Source of the DNA: Candidatus Methanomethylicia archaeon
Lineage (GTDB): Archaea; Thermoproteota; Methanomethylicia; Culexarchaeales; Culexarchaeaceae
DNA: 64,000 nt
Assembly (NCBI GenBank): GCA_038727515.1
Contig: JAVYVS010000004.1
Coordinates: 52,619 to 116,618 of the forward strand
Direction: 5' to 3'
Part shown: in pieces, positions 37,341 to 47,502 of the stretch
Numbering within the stretch: position 1 is the stretch's first letter
How the letters are laid out: each line of letters starts with the position of its first letter
Notes under the pieces: generated by a model
What the model was told of the DNA's origin: nothing
What the model saw: only the letters and a program-made list of their open reading frames with translations
Databases searched by the model: none
Made by a program: the position numbers and the translations under genes

Positions 37341-38559
37341 AGATTTCATTAAGGATAGCTTTAGAAGTTATTATTCTTCTTCATTTATTGAAGCTCCAAG
37401 TGATATTAGTAGGAGGGAATTTGGATTTATCTTTATTGGTCAAGAGGGTATGAGGAGGCATTTATCATTTAAGAGCCTTGAAGATTTAAGGAGATTTCTA
37501 ATTAGTGAAGTACCTCTACATGCATACTTCTCCTCTGCTTACTATGATTTCCCAGATGTTGAAGATATGGATGGAAAAGTTTGGAGGGGTGCTGACTTGG
37601 TTTTTGATATTGATGCTGATCATATACCTACACCTTGTAAAGAAGTTCATGATTCTTGGAGATGTTTAGATTGTGGTTTTTCCTCTAAGGGTATGGCTCC
37701 CACAGAATGTCCTAATTGTTCTTCTAGGAGGATTGAAACCGACTATTGGTTTTGTGATTTATGTTTAGATGCTGCTAGAGATGAAGCTTTTAGATTAGTT
37801 GAGGAATTCCTTGTTTCTGAATTTGGTTTTTCCATTAAGGATATGATTATCGTCTTCTCTGGGCATAGAGGTTATCATATTCATGTTAGAGATAAAACAG
37901 CTTTTGAATTAAGTATTGAAGCTAGAAGGGAGATAACAGATTATATTAGAGGTATTGGGCTTTCAGTTGAACTACATGGTTTTCCCTCTAAATCTTCTTC
38001 AGATATTCCTCCACCATCCCTTTCAGATTTTGGTTGGCGTGGTAGACTTATTAGAGCTATTTATGATTTCATATGTTCCGCTTCCCTTAGCGATTTGAAG
38101 CTTATTTTAGGTGAAAGAATTGGTAGAATTGTGTATGAGAATAGAAGTTTAATTTTATCTTCCTTTGAATCTTCTCCTCCAAAATGGCCTATTATAAATG
38201 GTTTATCTATGAAGGTTTGGGGTAAACTTGCTTCTAAGCTTTTAGATAGAGTTGTAATACATATTGATGAACGTGTAACTAGTGATATTAAGCGTTTAAT
38301 GAGGCTTCCATCTTCAATTCATGGTAAAACTGGGCTTATAGCTAAATCTATGAGTATTGGCTTCTTAGATAATTTTCAACCTATTTTTGATGCTTCCGCG
38401 TTTGGTTTTGAAGATTTTAAGATTCATGTTTTTCATATGCCTAAGATCCTTATAGGTGGAAATTTTTATGGGCCTTATAGGGATGAAGATGTTCTTCTCC
38501 CTAAGACTATTGCCATGTACCTTATATGTAGAGGTTCTGCAACTTTATTAAATGGTTAA
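37300..38559 (+). CDS. priS: DNA primase small subunit with Zn-ribbon insertion
   Basis: REFGF, DLVFDIDAD, FSG.RGYH and ID..VT.D..RL.R.P.S.HGK; true start slightly downstream. Confidence 0.93.
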   Translation: MEFPVALKLKVEVRDFIKDSFRSYYSSSFIEAPSDISRREFGFIFIGQEGMRRHLSFKSLEDLRRFLISEVPLHAYFSSAYYDFPDVEDMDGKVWRGADLVFDIDADHIPTPCKEVHDSWRCLDCGFSSKGMAPTECPNCSSRRIETDYWFCDLCLDAARDEAFRLVEEFLVSEFGFSIKDMIIVFSGHRGYHIHVRDKTAFELSIEARREITDYIRGIGLSVELHGFPSKSSSDIPPPSLSDFGWRGRLIRAIYDFICSASLSDLKLILGERIGRIVYENRSLILSSFESSPPKWPIINGLSMKVWGKLASKLLDRVVIHIDERVTSDIKRLMRLPSSIHGKTGLIAKSMSIGFLDNFQPIFDASAFGFEDFKIHVFHMPKILIGGNFYGPYRDEDVLLPKTIAMYLICRGSATLLNG

Positions 38560-38586
38560 CTTAATATTTTAATTGAGGTTTAGTGG

Positions 38587-39105
38587 ATGTACAATGATAT
38601 TATTGAAGCTTTAAAAAGGGAATTGGAATTTGACTCTCTCTCCACTTTACCCAAGGATTTCTATATGAATGTTAGATTGTATTTTAAGGGGTTAATGGAT
38701 AAAATTGAGTCTTCACCTGAAGATTTAGCTGAATTGTTAAAGTATGAGTTAGATTTAACGATGAGGATGATATCTACAATTTTTGAATTAAGAATTTACA
38801 AGATGATTAAACACATCTTTTCTGGTGCTATAACTCCTCCAGAAGGACTTTTAGATGAAGAATTAGAGGCATATGTTAAGATTAAAGAAGCCATATCTAC
38901 AGTTCTTCAATCACTAAATTCCTCAATTAAATCTCTAGATATTATTACAAAAAGAATATTAGTTCGTTTTACAGCAAGTGTTTCTGAATTTGTTGGGGTG
39001 GATCTAGTGGTTTATGGCCCCTTTGAACCTGAAGATGTGGCTAACATACCTTTAATAAATAGTGAAGCATTAATCTTAAAGGGTGTTGCTGAAAAATTGG
39101 AGTAG
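38587..39105 (+). CDS. GINS subunit (Gins51/Gins15 type)
   Basis: L..L..DFY, R..K and C-terminal B domain FVG.D...YGPF...D; canonical position after priS. Confidence 0.85.
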   Translation: MYNDIIEALKRELEFDSLSTLPKDFYMNVRLYFKGLMDKIESSPEDLAELLKYELDLTMRMISTIFELRIYKMIKHIFSGAITPPEGLLDEELEAYVKIKEAISTVLQSLNSSIKSLDIITKRILVRFTASVSEFVGVDLVVYGPFEPEDVANIPLINSEALILKGVAEKLE

Positions 39106-39395
39106 TGGTGATGAAAATGAAGGTTCCCTCAATCGTTATGAAATATTGCCCTAGATGTAATTCACATACTGAGCATTCGGTTTCACTTTATAAAGCTGGT
39201 CAACGTAGATCTCTTGCTCAAGGTGAGAGGAGATTTACAGCTAAGAATAAGGGTTATGGTAGTAAGAGGGCTTCTGAGCAGAAGAGGTTTGCTAAAGTTA
39301 CGAAGAAGCAAGTTTTAAAGTTGAAGTGTAAAAAGTGTGGGCACATTCTCCATACAGTTGGAATTAGATTGAAGCGAATTGAAATTAAGGGGTGA
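39105..39395 (+). CDS. rpl44e: 50S ribosomal protein L44e
   Basis: YCP.C..HT.H, G.RR....GYG and K.TKK...C..C. Confidence 0.93.
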   Translation: MVMKMKVPSIVMKYCPRCNSHTEHSVSLYKAGQRRSLAQGERRFTAKNKGYGSKRASEQKRFAKVTKKQVLKLKCKKCGHILHTVGIRLKRIEIKG

Positions 39396-39609
39396 GATCT
39401 TGCTTATTGGAGTTAAAAAGAAGAAGATTTTAACACCTGAACCTAAGAGTAAGTTTATTTTAATTTCTTGTCCTGATTGTGGTAATGAACAAGTATCTTT
39501 TGATAGAGCTTCAACAATTGTTAAATGCCATATTTGTGGTAGAGTTTTAATTGAGCCTAGTAGTGGTAAAGCTAAAGTTAGGGGTAGATTGATTAAGGTT
39601 TTAGAGTAG
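39379..39609 (+). CDS. rps27e: 30S ribosomal protein S27e
   Basis: PKSKF...CPDCGNEQ..F......C..CG; start probably TTG near 39400. Confidence 0.93.
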   Translation: MKLRGEILLIGVKKKKILTPEPKSKFILISCPDCGNEQVSFDRASTIVKCHICGRVLIEPSSGKAKVRGRLIKVLE

Positions 39610-39626
39610 GATTTGAGGGGTTAATA

Positions 39627-40421
39627 TTGTCATTTAAAGTTAGAGATCTACCTGAGGTTGGTGAACTTGTAATAGCTACTGTAAATGAAGTTTTCGATAA
39701 AGGTGCATATGTAACTTTAGATGAATATCCAAATGTTAATGGATACGTTCCAATAGGTGAAGTTGCATCTACGTGGGTTCATAATATACGTGATTATCTT
39801 AAAGAAGGTAGGAAGGTTGTTTTGAAAGTTATAAGGGTTGATAAGAGTAAGAAGTATGTGGATTTATCTCTTAGGAGGGTTAGTGATAAGGAGAGGAAGG
39901 ATAAACTTTTAGAGTGGAAGAGGTTTAATAGAGGTTTAAAGCTTATTGAATTATTGTCTGAAAAGACCGGTATGAGTTTGGATGATATTAAATCTGAAGT
40001 TGTAGAGAAGTTTATTGAGAATTTTGGTGATGTTTTAGCAGGCTTTGAGGAAGCTGCTAGATTTGGTCTATCCCCAATAGTTAATGCTGGGATACCTAGG
40101 GATTTAGCTGAAGTTATTGTGGATTTAGCTAAAGATAATATTGAACTTAAAGAAGTTAAGGTTAGTGCAATATTACAATTGTCTTCTAATGCTAGTGATG
40201 GTCTTCTACATATCATTGAAGCTTTAAATGCTGCTAAAAATGCCATTGAATCTATGAGGGGTGTGAAATATAGGATTTATGCTATTGGAGCGCCGAAATA
40301 TAGAATTGATATTTCAGCTAAAGATTATAAGGTTGCTGAAGAAGCTTTAAAGATTGCTGTTGATGCAGCTTTAAACAAGATTTCATCTTTAGGAGGTCAA
40401 GGAAGTTTTAGGAGGGTTTGA
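39627..40421 (+). CDS. eif2a: Translation initiation factor aIF2 alpha
   Basis: PEVGELV S1 domain, DLSLRRV and GAPKY. Confidence 0.93.
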   Translation: MSFKVRDLPEVGELVIATVNEVFDKGAYVTLDEYPNVNGYVPIGEVASTWVHNIRDYLKEGRKVVLKVIRVDKSKKYVDLSLRRVSDKERKDKLLEWKRFNRGLKLIELLSEKTGMSLDDIKSEVVEKFIENFGDVLAGFEEAARFGLSPIVNAGIPRDLAEVIVDLAKDNIELKEVKVSAILQLSSNASDGLLHIIEALNAAKNAIESMRGVKYRIYAIGAPKYRIDISAKDYKVAEEALKIAVDAALNKISSLGGQGSFRRV

Positions 40422-40430
40422 GATTTAATT

Positions 40431-40613
40431 ATGCCTTGGCTATTAAGGAAATGTGTTTCTTGTGGTTCCTATACCCTTAAAAAGGATAAATGTCCTTATT
40501 GTGGTGGACCTGTTAAAATTCCACATCCACCTAAATTTTCACCTGAAGATAAATATGGACGTTATAGGAGAATGATGAAAAAACTTTCTGAAGAAAGTGA
40601 ATCTAAAGTTTAA
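40431..40613 (+). CDS. nop10: H/ACA RNP protein Nop10
   Basis: C..C..YTL...CP.CG.....HPPKFSPEDKYG.YR. Confidence 0.95.
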   Translation: MPWLLRKCVSCGSYTLKKDKCPYCGGPVKIPHPPKFSPEDKYGRYRRMMKKLSEESESKV

Positions 40614-42625
40614 TTTTGATATTTTATCTTATATACAAATACATATCCATTGGATGATTGGAATATTAATTCAAAGTTTTCTGGTTTTGGTATATTTATC
40701 CCCCAACTCTTCCAGATCTCACTTCTTGTATTGAAGATTAATCTGTAGAGGGTTGCTTGACTAGCCTTTGGACCTGTTGGTAGATATAGCCCATATCCAT
40801 ATTGTGTACTATATGTCATGTAGTCTGTAACGTTTAATCCAGCTATTTTAGCCATCCAATATGATTTTACAAAATCTCCCCAACCTCTACCTGCAAATAG
40901 GAATCCAGTATTCGTATCGAAGGCTTCAAAGACGACTACATGTGTTGCACCCATTTCACTAAATATCTTTAAAGCTTCCGTTTCATTTGATAGGAATGCT
41001 AATGCAACCCTCTTTATTTTCCCTTCATCTAGTGTAGCATTATCTGCTACACTTGTTTTATTTGCTATAACTGTTATCCAATATCCATAATCCCACCATG
41101 ATGCTACAACTGCATCATTGGGTAGATTGCTCCTCATCCACAATAATGCTTCTATCCAATCTGTACATTCATTACTTATTGGTAGTGAAGATGTAACTAT
41201 TTGTTGTGGGGTTGCTGCGTAATTCCTCCAGCTTGTGATTGGAAGTATCAATGTGGCTGAAACAATTATTAGTATTATTACGTTACTTCTTATACTCCCT
41301 CTATACATCTTCCTCCTCTTAATATGTTTCCTTTCCTCAATTATTCTTTCAATATTTTGTGTATATAATGTGTTTATTAAGTGTGCTGATAATAATGCTA
41401 TGAAGGGTGATGCAAGCATCATTAGCCTAGCCATAGTTGATGAGAAGTATGCTGAAGTTAATCCTCCTAATGCAATGAAGATATCTAATTCTCCACCACG
41501 TTTCCAGAGTTGATATAATCCTGCAGCTGCTAATGGTATTAGCAATCCATATTGATAGTATATTTGACTCCATGTTGGCATTTGATGTTCTGCCACTGAT
41601 TCTACGAGTGGTATAGATGTTCTTTGAAATGGATTTATTACTGTTGCTATTCTCCCAGTTAATGATGATAGCATTCCTAAACCTTCTAATATTGCTACAC
41701 CTATAATCCCAATGGTAACTACAAGGGCTATTCCAATGATTTTTGCATTTCTATCCTTAACATTTTGCATTATATCTTTTAATGTAAGTATTAATGTTGT
41801 TGTTATTGGTATGATTGTAGCATAGCTTATAAAGTATTTTCTTGCAAAGTATGGGTATTGTGATGAGATCATCATAGCTATTCCAATTGTTAATACGTAA
41901 TTTATCAATAGCTTCCTTGAATACCTCTTTAATAAAATCATTAGTATTGCATATACCGCGTATAGATTTAATAGGTATATGCTTCCACCCCATGTTATAT
42001 TCATGTAGGCTAATGATAATCCACTTAATATGGCATATGCTATATTACCATTTTTCATTGCTTTAATCCAGAATAGTATGCTTAAGGTCATAGCTAGAAA
42101 TCCTACACATTCATTATCAAAGAATCCTGCTGTAGTTCTCTGCATAAATGCTTGAACTGTAGCGAGTATTAGAGCTGCAATTAATCCAGTTCCATCTCCA
42201 TCAATTTCCCTACCAATCAAATAGGCTATTATTACTGTTAATCCACCCATTAATGCTGGCATTATTGCACAAAATTCCATTAAGTCTATGTTGAATCCAA
42301 GTATCTTCGCTATTGTGTATAATATGGATGCTGTTAATGGTACTCCTAAATATGATGTTTCTGGAATATTTCTACCATTTGGATACCAGCTCATTTTATC
42401 ATACCATGTAAACCATGATGTTAATCCATGGTCTAGTATGTATTGTGTCATCCTATATTGATAGTAAGTATCATATTCACTTAGGTATGGTCCATACTTT
42501 ATTACTGGTAGCATTCTTATTAGGAAAGCTAATAGGAATATTGATGTTAACGTTACAATTTTTAAAGTTATTCTTAAAGTTTTTATATTTATAAGCTTCT
42601 TCAAACCATTTTTCAAATACTTCAC
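40610..42625 (-). CDS. aglB: Oligosaccharyltransferase AglB/STT3
   Basis: EYD.Y..YR, G.FDNE, SVAEH, WWDYG, DNAT and DxxK..WM; many TM helices. Confidence 0.93.
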   Translation of the reverse strand: MKYLKNGLKKLINIKTLRITLKIVTLTSIFLLAFLIRMLPVIKYGPYLSEYDTYYQYRMTQYILDHGLTSWFTWYDKMSWYPNGRNIPETSYLGVPLTASILYTIAKILGFNIDLMEFCAIMPALMGGLTVIIAYLIGREIDGDGTGLIAALILATVQAFMQRTTAGFFDNECVGFLAMTLSILFWIKAMKNGNIAYAILSGLSLAYMNITWGGSIYLLNLYAVYAILMILLKRYSRKLLINYVLTIGIAMMISSQYPYFARKYFISYATIIPITTTLILTLKDIMQNVKDRNAKIIGIALVVTIGIIGVAILEGLGMLSSLTGRIATVINPFQRTSIPLVESVAEHQMPTWSQIYYQYGLLIPLAAAGLYQLWKRGGELDIFIALGGLTSAYFSSTMARLMMLASPFIALLSAHLINTLYTQNIERIIEERKHIKRRKMYRGSIRSNVIILIIVSATLILPITSWRNYAATPQQIVTSSLPISNECTDWIEALLWMRSNLPNDAVVASWWDYGYWITVIANKTSVADNATLDEGKIKRVALAFLSNETEALKIFSEMGATHVVVFEAFDTNTGFLFAGRGWGDFVKSYWMAKIAGLNVTDYMTYSTQYGYGLYLPTGPKASQATLYRLIFNTRSEIWKSWGINIPKPENFELIFQSSNGYVFVYKIKYQN

Positions 42626-42696
42626 CTTCTAGTTTAATAACCGTAGATATATATGTTCAAAACTTTTATATGTATTATGTTCTAGTTTATTTATGA

Positions 42697-42725
42697 TTGG
42701 TGTTTTGGGGATGTCCCAACGCCAA
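42697..42725 (+). other. GC-rich stem-loop in the aglB/ileS divergent intergenic region
   Basis: TTGGTG-tt-TTGGG gatgt CCCAA-CGCCAA pairs with one G-U and a 2-nt bulge. Confidence 0.4.
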
Positions 42726-42779
42726 ATTTAAATCTTGAAAAGTATATTTCAATGCTGTTTTTAAGGATTACACTATTGG

Positions 42780-45700
42780 ATGGTGAATTTTATGGGCGTT
42801 GTTGGAACTATTGAGAGAGATTATAAAGGGTCTGTAATTGAAGAAGATGTATTCAAGTTTTGGAGGGATAATAACATTTATGGTTTAGTTAAGAGTAGAC
42901 TTAAAGATAAACCAAAATTATACTTTCTAGACGGCCCACCATACGTTACAAATCCTATTCATGTTGGTACTGCTTGGAATAAGATTTTGAAAGATGCATT
43001 TCTAAGGTATTTCCGAATGATTGGTTATAATGTTAGGGATCAACCTGGATATGATATGCATGGTCTTCCAATAGAGGTTATGGTTGAGAAGAAGCTTGGT
43101 TTAAAGTTTAAGAAGGATATTGAGAAGCTTGGTGTTGACAATTTCATTGAGGAATGTGAGAAGTATGCATTGGAGAATCTGAAGATTATGGAGGGGCAAT
43201 TTAAGAATCTCGGTGTTTGGATGGATTGGGATCATCCATATAGAACTATTGACTCAAATTATATTCAAGCTGCATGGTGGCTTGTTAAACGTGCATATGA
43301 ACGTGGTCTTCTCTCTGAGGGGTATATGGTTTTCCATTGGTGTCCAAGATGTGAAACTGTTCTTTCAGGTTATGAGGTTACTGATGAATATCGTGATGTT
43401 AGAGATCCATCTATATACGTCAAGTTTCCATTGGAGAATTCAAGTAATGAGTATATTTTGATATGGACTACTACGCCTTGGACTCTTCCATCCAATGTGG
43501 CTATTATGGTTCATCCAAAGGAGGTTTATGTTAAGGCTCGTGTTGGTAATGAAATTTACATATTGGCTGAAGCTAGATGTGAAGCTGTGTTTAATGAAGT
43601 AGGAGTGAATTATGATATTATAGAGAGATTTACTGGAGCTTCTCTTGAAGGTTTAAGATATGTACCAGCATTATTAGATGAAGTTCCCCTTCAACAAAAG
43701 TTTAGAGGTGTTCATAGGGTTGTTTTAAGTGAAGAATTTGTTACTATGGATGAGGGCACTGGATGCGTACATTCAGCTCCAGGTCATGGTGAAGAAGATT
43801 TTATTGTTGGATTGAAGTATAATCTTCCCATTTTATGTCCAGTGGATGATAGAGGTATCTTTACTGTTGAAGCTGGAAAGTATGCTGGTAAAAGTATTTG
43901 GGAAGCTAATTCTGAGATTATAGAGGATTTAAAGCGTAAAGGTTTATTGTTTCATCAATCTTGGATTGTTCATAGATATCCACATTGTTGGAGATGTAAA
44001 TCTCCACTTATTTTAAAGGCTACAACACAATGGTTTATTAATGTTCCTGAGATTAGGAGTTCACTTATAGCTGAGAATGAACGTGTTGAATGGATTCCAG
44101 ATTGGGCTGGTAAGAATAGATTTAGAAATTGGCTTGAAAATGTTCGTGAATGGGTTATTTCTAGGCAGAGGTATTGGGGTATACCAATGCCTATATGGAG
44201 ATGTGAGAATTGTGGTAGTATAGTGGTTATAGGTTCTCTTAATGAGCTTAAGAGTATGGCTATTAATTTCGTTGAACTTAAAGATCTCCATAAACCTTGG
44301 ATTGATTCAGTATTATTGAAATGTGGGAAGTGTGGTGGTATTATGCGTAGAGTTTCAGATGTCCTTGATGTTTGGATGGATTCTAGTGTTGCTCCATGGG
44401 CTTCTCTGAATTTCCCTGTTTCCACTGAAGAATTTGAAGAATGGTGGCCTCCATACTTTATTTTGGAGGGTCCTGATCAAACTAGAGGTTGGTTCTATAC
44501 ACTCCTAGTTAGTGGATATATTGGTTTTGGTATGGCTCCATATAAGAAGGTTTTGATGCATGGATGGTCTTTGGATGAGCAGGGTAGACCTATGCATAAA
44601 TCTCTTGGTAATGTTATAGCTCCCGAGGAAGTTTTCTCTAGATTTTCTAGGGATGCATTAAGATTTTATGAGCTTCAATGTACTCCATGGGAAGATTTGA
44701 AGTTTTCCATGAAGGAATTAGAGGAGGTTTACAAGGTTTTAACTATAATGTGGAATGTCTATTATTTTGCAAGTCTATATATGAATCTTGATTCCTATTC
44801 TCCAGAGAAGTATACATTAGATTCTCTTAGTGATTATCTACAACCTGAAGATCTATGGCTTTTAAGTTGTTTTGAGTTTATGGTTAAGAAGTGTAATTTG
44901 AGTATGGAGAAGTTCCATATACATGAATTGGCTAGGGCTATTAGGAGCTTTATAGTTGATGATATGAGTAGATGGTATATTAGGCTTATTAGGAGGAGGA
45001 TTTGGCTTGAAGGTGAAGATAAAAGTAAATACGCTGTTTATGCAGTTTTATATCATGTACTTCTAAGACTTCTTAAGCTTTCAGCTCCAATAATACCCTT
45101 CATAACTGAGAAATTATATCAATCAATATTTAGAGTTGCAGATCCCAGTTTACCTGAAACTATTCATTTGTGTGATTGGCCGAAGCCTATTGAAAAGTTT
45201 ATTGATGAATCATTATTGAAGTATATGGATTTAGTTAGAGATATTGTTGAAACTTCATATAAGATTAGACAGGAAAAACGTTTAAAATTACGTTACCCAT
45301 TGAGGGAGATTATAGTATTCACAGATGATATTGATGTTATTAAAAGTGTTGAATTATTTAGGGGGGTATTGCTTGATCAATGTAATGTTAAAGATTTAAA
45401 GATTATGCCTTTATCTGAATCTTCAAAGTATAAGGTTTATGAAGTCTTCATAAACTATTCTTCTCTTGGACCAAAGTATAAGAGTTTAATTCCAAAAATA
45501 GTTGATAAAATACAATCTATGGATGCAGGTAAATTGAAATTTGAAATTGAAAATATTGGTTTTGTGAAGATTAATGTGGATGGCGTTGAAGTTCAATTGG
45601 ATAGGGGGGATTTAAACTTTGAAGTGAAGATTGTTTCCGGTTATGGTTTTAGTAGTTTTAAGTATGGTGAAATTGTCTTAAATTGTGTCGTTGATAGAAT

Positions 45701-45977
45701 GCTTATGGCTGAAGGTCTTGCTAGAGATGTTGTTAGAAGGCTTCAATCTATGAGGAAGGAGCTCGATCTTCCTGTAGATGCATATGTAGATGCATATATT
45801 TGTGTTGATGATCCAGAAACTTTAAGCTTATTGAAGGGTATGGAGCATTACATACTAAGTGAAGTTAGAGTTAGAAATCTAATTATAGATTCTACTAAAC
45901 CTATGGATGGATATTATGAGAAGAATTGGGAGATAGGGGATCAAGTGTTTGAGATGGGTATAAGATGGGTGAAGTAA
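42780..45977 (+). CDS. ileS: Isoleucyl-tRNA synthetase
   Basis: DGPPY...HVGT, G.D.HGLP.E, WTTTPWTLP, ISRQRYWG, EG.DQTRGWF and MHKS. Confidence 0.96.
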   Translation: MVNFMGVVGTIERDYKGSVIEEDVFKFWRDNNIYGLVKSRLKDKPKLYFLDGPPYVTNPIHVGTAWNKILKDAFLRYFRMIGYNVRDQPGYDMHGLPIEVMVEKKLGLKFKKDIEKLGVDNFIEECEKYALENLKIMEGQFKNLGVWMDWDHPYRTIDSNYIQAAWWLVKRAYERGLLSEGYMVFHWCPRCETVLSGYEVTDEYRDVRDPSIYVKFPLENSSNEYILIWTTTPWTLPSNVAIMVHPKEVYVKARVGNEIYILAEARCEAVFNEVGVNYDIIERFTGASLEGLRYVPALLDEVPLQQKFRGVHRVVLSEEFVTMDEGTGCVHSAPGHGEEDFIVGLKYNLPILCPVDDRGIFTVEAGKYAGKSIWEANSEIIEDLKRKGLLFHQSWIVHRYPHCWRCKSPLILKATTQWFINVPEIRSSLIAENERVEWIPDWAGKNRFRNWLENVREWVISRQRYWGIPMPIWRCENCGSIVVIGSLNELKSMAINFVELKDLHKPWIDSVLLKCGKCGGIMRRVSDVLDVWMDSSVAPWASLNFPVSTEEFEEWWPPYFILEGPDQTRGWFYTLLVSGYIGFGMAPYKKVLMHGWSLDEQGRPMHKSLGNVIAPEEVFSRFSRDALRFYELQCTPWEDLKFSMKELEEVYKVLTIMWNVYYFASLYMNLDSYSPEKYTLDSLSDYLQPEDLWLLSCFEFMVKKCNLSMEKFHIHELARAIRSFIVDDMSRWYIRLIRRRIWLEGEDKSKYAVYAVLYHVLLRLLKLSAPIIPFITEKLYQSIFRVADPSLPETIHLCDWPKPIEKFIDESLLKYMDLVRDIVETSYKIRQEKRLKLRYPLREIIVFTDDIDVIKSVELFRGVLLDQCNVKDLKIMPLSESSKYKVYEVFINYSSLGPKYKSLIPKIVDKIQSMDAGKLKFEIENIGFVKINVDGVEVQLDRGDLNFEVKIVSGYGFSSFKYGEIVLNCVVDRMLMAEGLARDVVRRLQSMRKELDLPVDAYVDAYICVDDPETLSLLKGMEHYILSEVRVRNLIIDSTKPMDGYYEKNWEIGDQVFEMGIRWVK

Positions 45978-47098
45978 ATATTAGAAAAAAGATTGGTTTT
46001 ATAGTTAATCCTATTGCCGGTATGGGTGGACGTGTAGGTCTTAAGGGTACTGATGGATATGAAACTTTAAAGAGGGCTATTGAACTTGGTGCTAAACCTA
46101 TAGCTCCTGAAAAAGCTAAATCTTTCCTTAAACATTTAAAATCTCTTAATGTATCCTTTGAATTAATTTCATACCCTAAATCTATGGGTGAATATGAGGC
46201 TATTGAAGCTGGTTTTAATCCTATTGTTATTGGTGAAATCGGTGATTTAACTACTGCTGAAGATACTATTAAAGCTGCTAAAATTATGCGTGATTTAGGC
46301 GTTAATCTAATAGTTTTTTGTGGCGGGGATGGAACTGCTAGAGATATTTGTAACGCTATAGATCTAAGTGTTCCAGTTATTGGGATTCCGGCTGGAGTTA
46401 AAATGTATTCTTCTGTTTTCGCTGTAAATGTGGAGGATGCTGCTAAGATAGTCTCAGAATTCCTTATACATGGTTTACCAGTTAAACATGCCGAGGTTAT
46501 GGATGTCGATGAAGATGCATTTAGATGTAATAGGCTCTCCATAAAACTTTATGGATATTTATTGGTTCCATATATTCCAGGGTATATTCAGGGGGTTAAA
46601 TCTCCAACTATGCCCATTAATAGTGAATTAGATAATCAAAAGGCTATTGCAAAATATGTTTTAGAATCTATGGATCCTAATGCATTATATATATTGGGTC
46701 CTGGAACTACTGTTAAAGCTATAACTGATCTACTTGGTTTAGAGAAGACTCTGCTTGGAGTTGATTTAATGGTTAACTTTAAATTATTGGCTAAAGATGT
46801 CTCTGAGAAGGATATAATAGAAGTTTTAGATTCTGGGAGGTTTAGTAGAGCTTATATTATTGTTTCCCCAATTGGTGGTCAAGGCTTTATTTTTGGTAGA
46901 GGTAATCAACAGATTAGTAGTGAAGTTATTAAGAGGGTTGGTGTAAATAATATAATTATTGTTGCTACTAAAAGTAAGATTTCCAGTTTAAGTAAACTGC
47001 ATGTTGATACTGGGGATGATGAAATCGATGCTAAGTTGAGGGGGTATAGAAGAGTTATAATTGATTATATGGAGGAAAAAATTTTAAGGGTTGTTTAA
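45965..47098 (+). CDS. ATP-NAD/AcoX kinase family protein
   Basis: NPIAGMGG.VGLKGTDG, GGDGTARD, GVKMYS and GRGNQQ. Confidence 0.85.
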   Translation: MGEVNIRKKIGFIVNPIAGMGGRVGLKGTDGYETLKRAIELGAKPIAPEKAKSFLKHLKSLNVSFELISYPKSMGEYEAIEAGFNPIVIGEIGDLTTAEDTIKAAKIMRDLGVNLIVFCGGDGTARDICNAIDLSVPVIGIPAGVKMYSSVFAVNVEDAAKIVSEFLIHGLPVKHAEVMDVDEDAFRCNRLSIKLYGYLLVPYIPGYIQGVKSPTMPINSELDNQKAIAKYVLESMDPNALYILGPGTTVKAITDLLGLEKTLLGVDLMVNFKLLAKDVSEKDIIEVLDSGRFSRAYIIVSPIGGQGFIFGRGNQQISSEVIKRVGVNNIIIVATKSKISSLSKLHVDTGDDEIDAKLRGYRRVIIDYMEEKILRVV

Positions 47099-47502
47099 TG
47101 GTGTTTTAGTGTTTTTAAGTATGCATCGTATTCTTTTGCATTCATCAAATTCTTTAATTCTTCATTCAATTTTTCTGCTTCTATTATTGCTATCCATCCT
47201 TCTCCATATGGATCTGCATTTAATAGTTCTGGTGAAGTTTCAAGTTTCTTATTTACCTCTATAACTTTGCCGCTTAATGGGCTATATACATCTGAAACTG
47301 CTTTCACAGATTCTATACTACAAAGTCTTTCAAATTGTTTTACATTTATCCCTAATTTTGGTAATTCTACATATACTATATCTCTAAGTTCCTTTTGAGC
47401 ATAATCACTTATTCCCACTCTGACTTTTCCATTTTCTATTTTAATCCACTCATGATCTTTGGTGTAATAAAGGTCTTCCTTTATTATGATGCTATGGGAC
47501 AT
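47095..47502 (-). CDS. gcvH: Glycine cleavage system H protein
   Basis: HEW, GISDYAQ, ESVKA (lipoyl Lys) and DPYG.GW; start ATG 47502 behind GGAGG. Confidence 0.94.
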   Translation of the reverse strand: MSHSIIIKEDLYYTKDHEWIKIENGKVRVGISDYAQKELRDIVYVELPKLGINVKQFERLCSIESVKAVSDVYSPLSGKVIEVNKKLETSPELLNADPYGEGWIAIIEAEKLNEELKNLMNAKEYDAYLKTLKHH

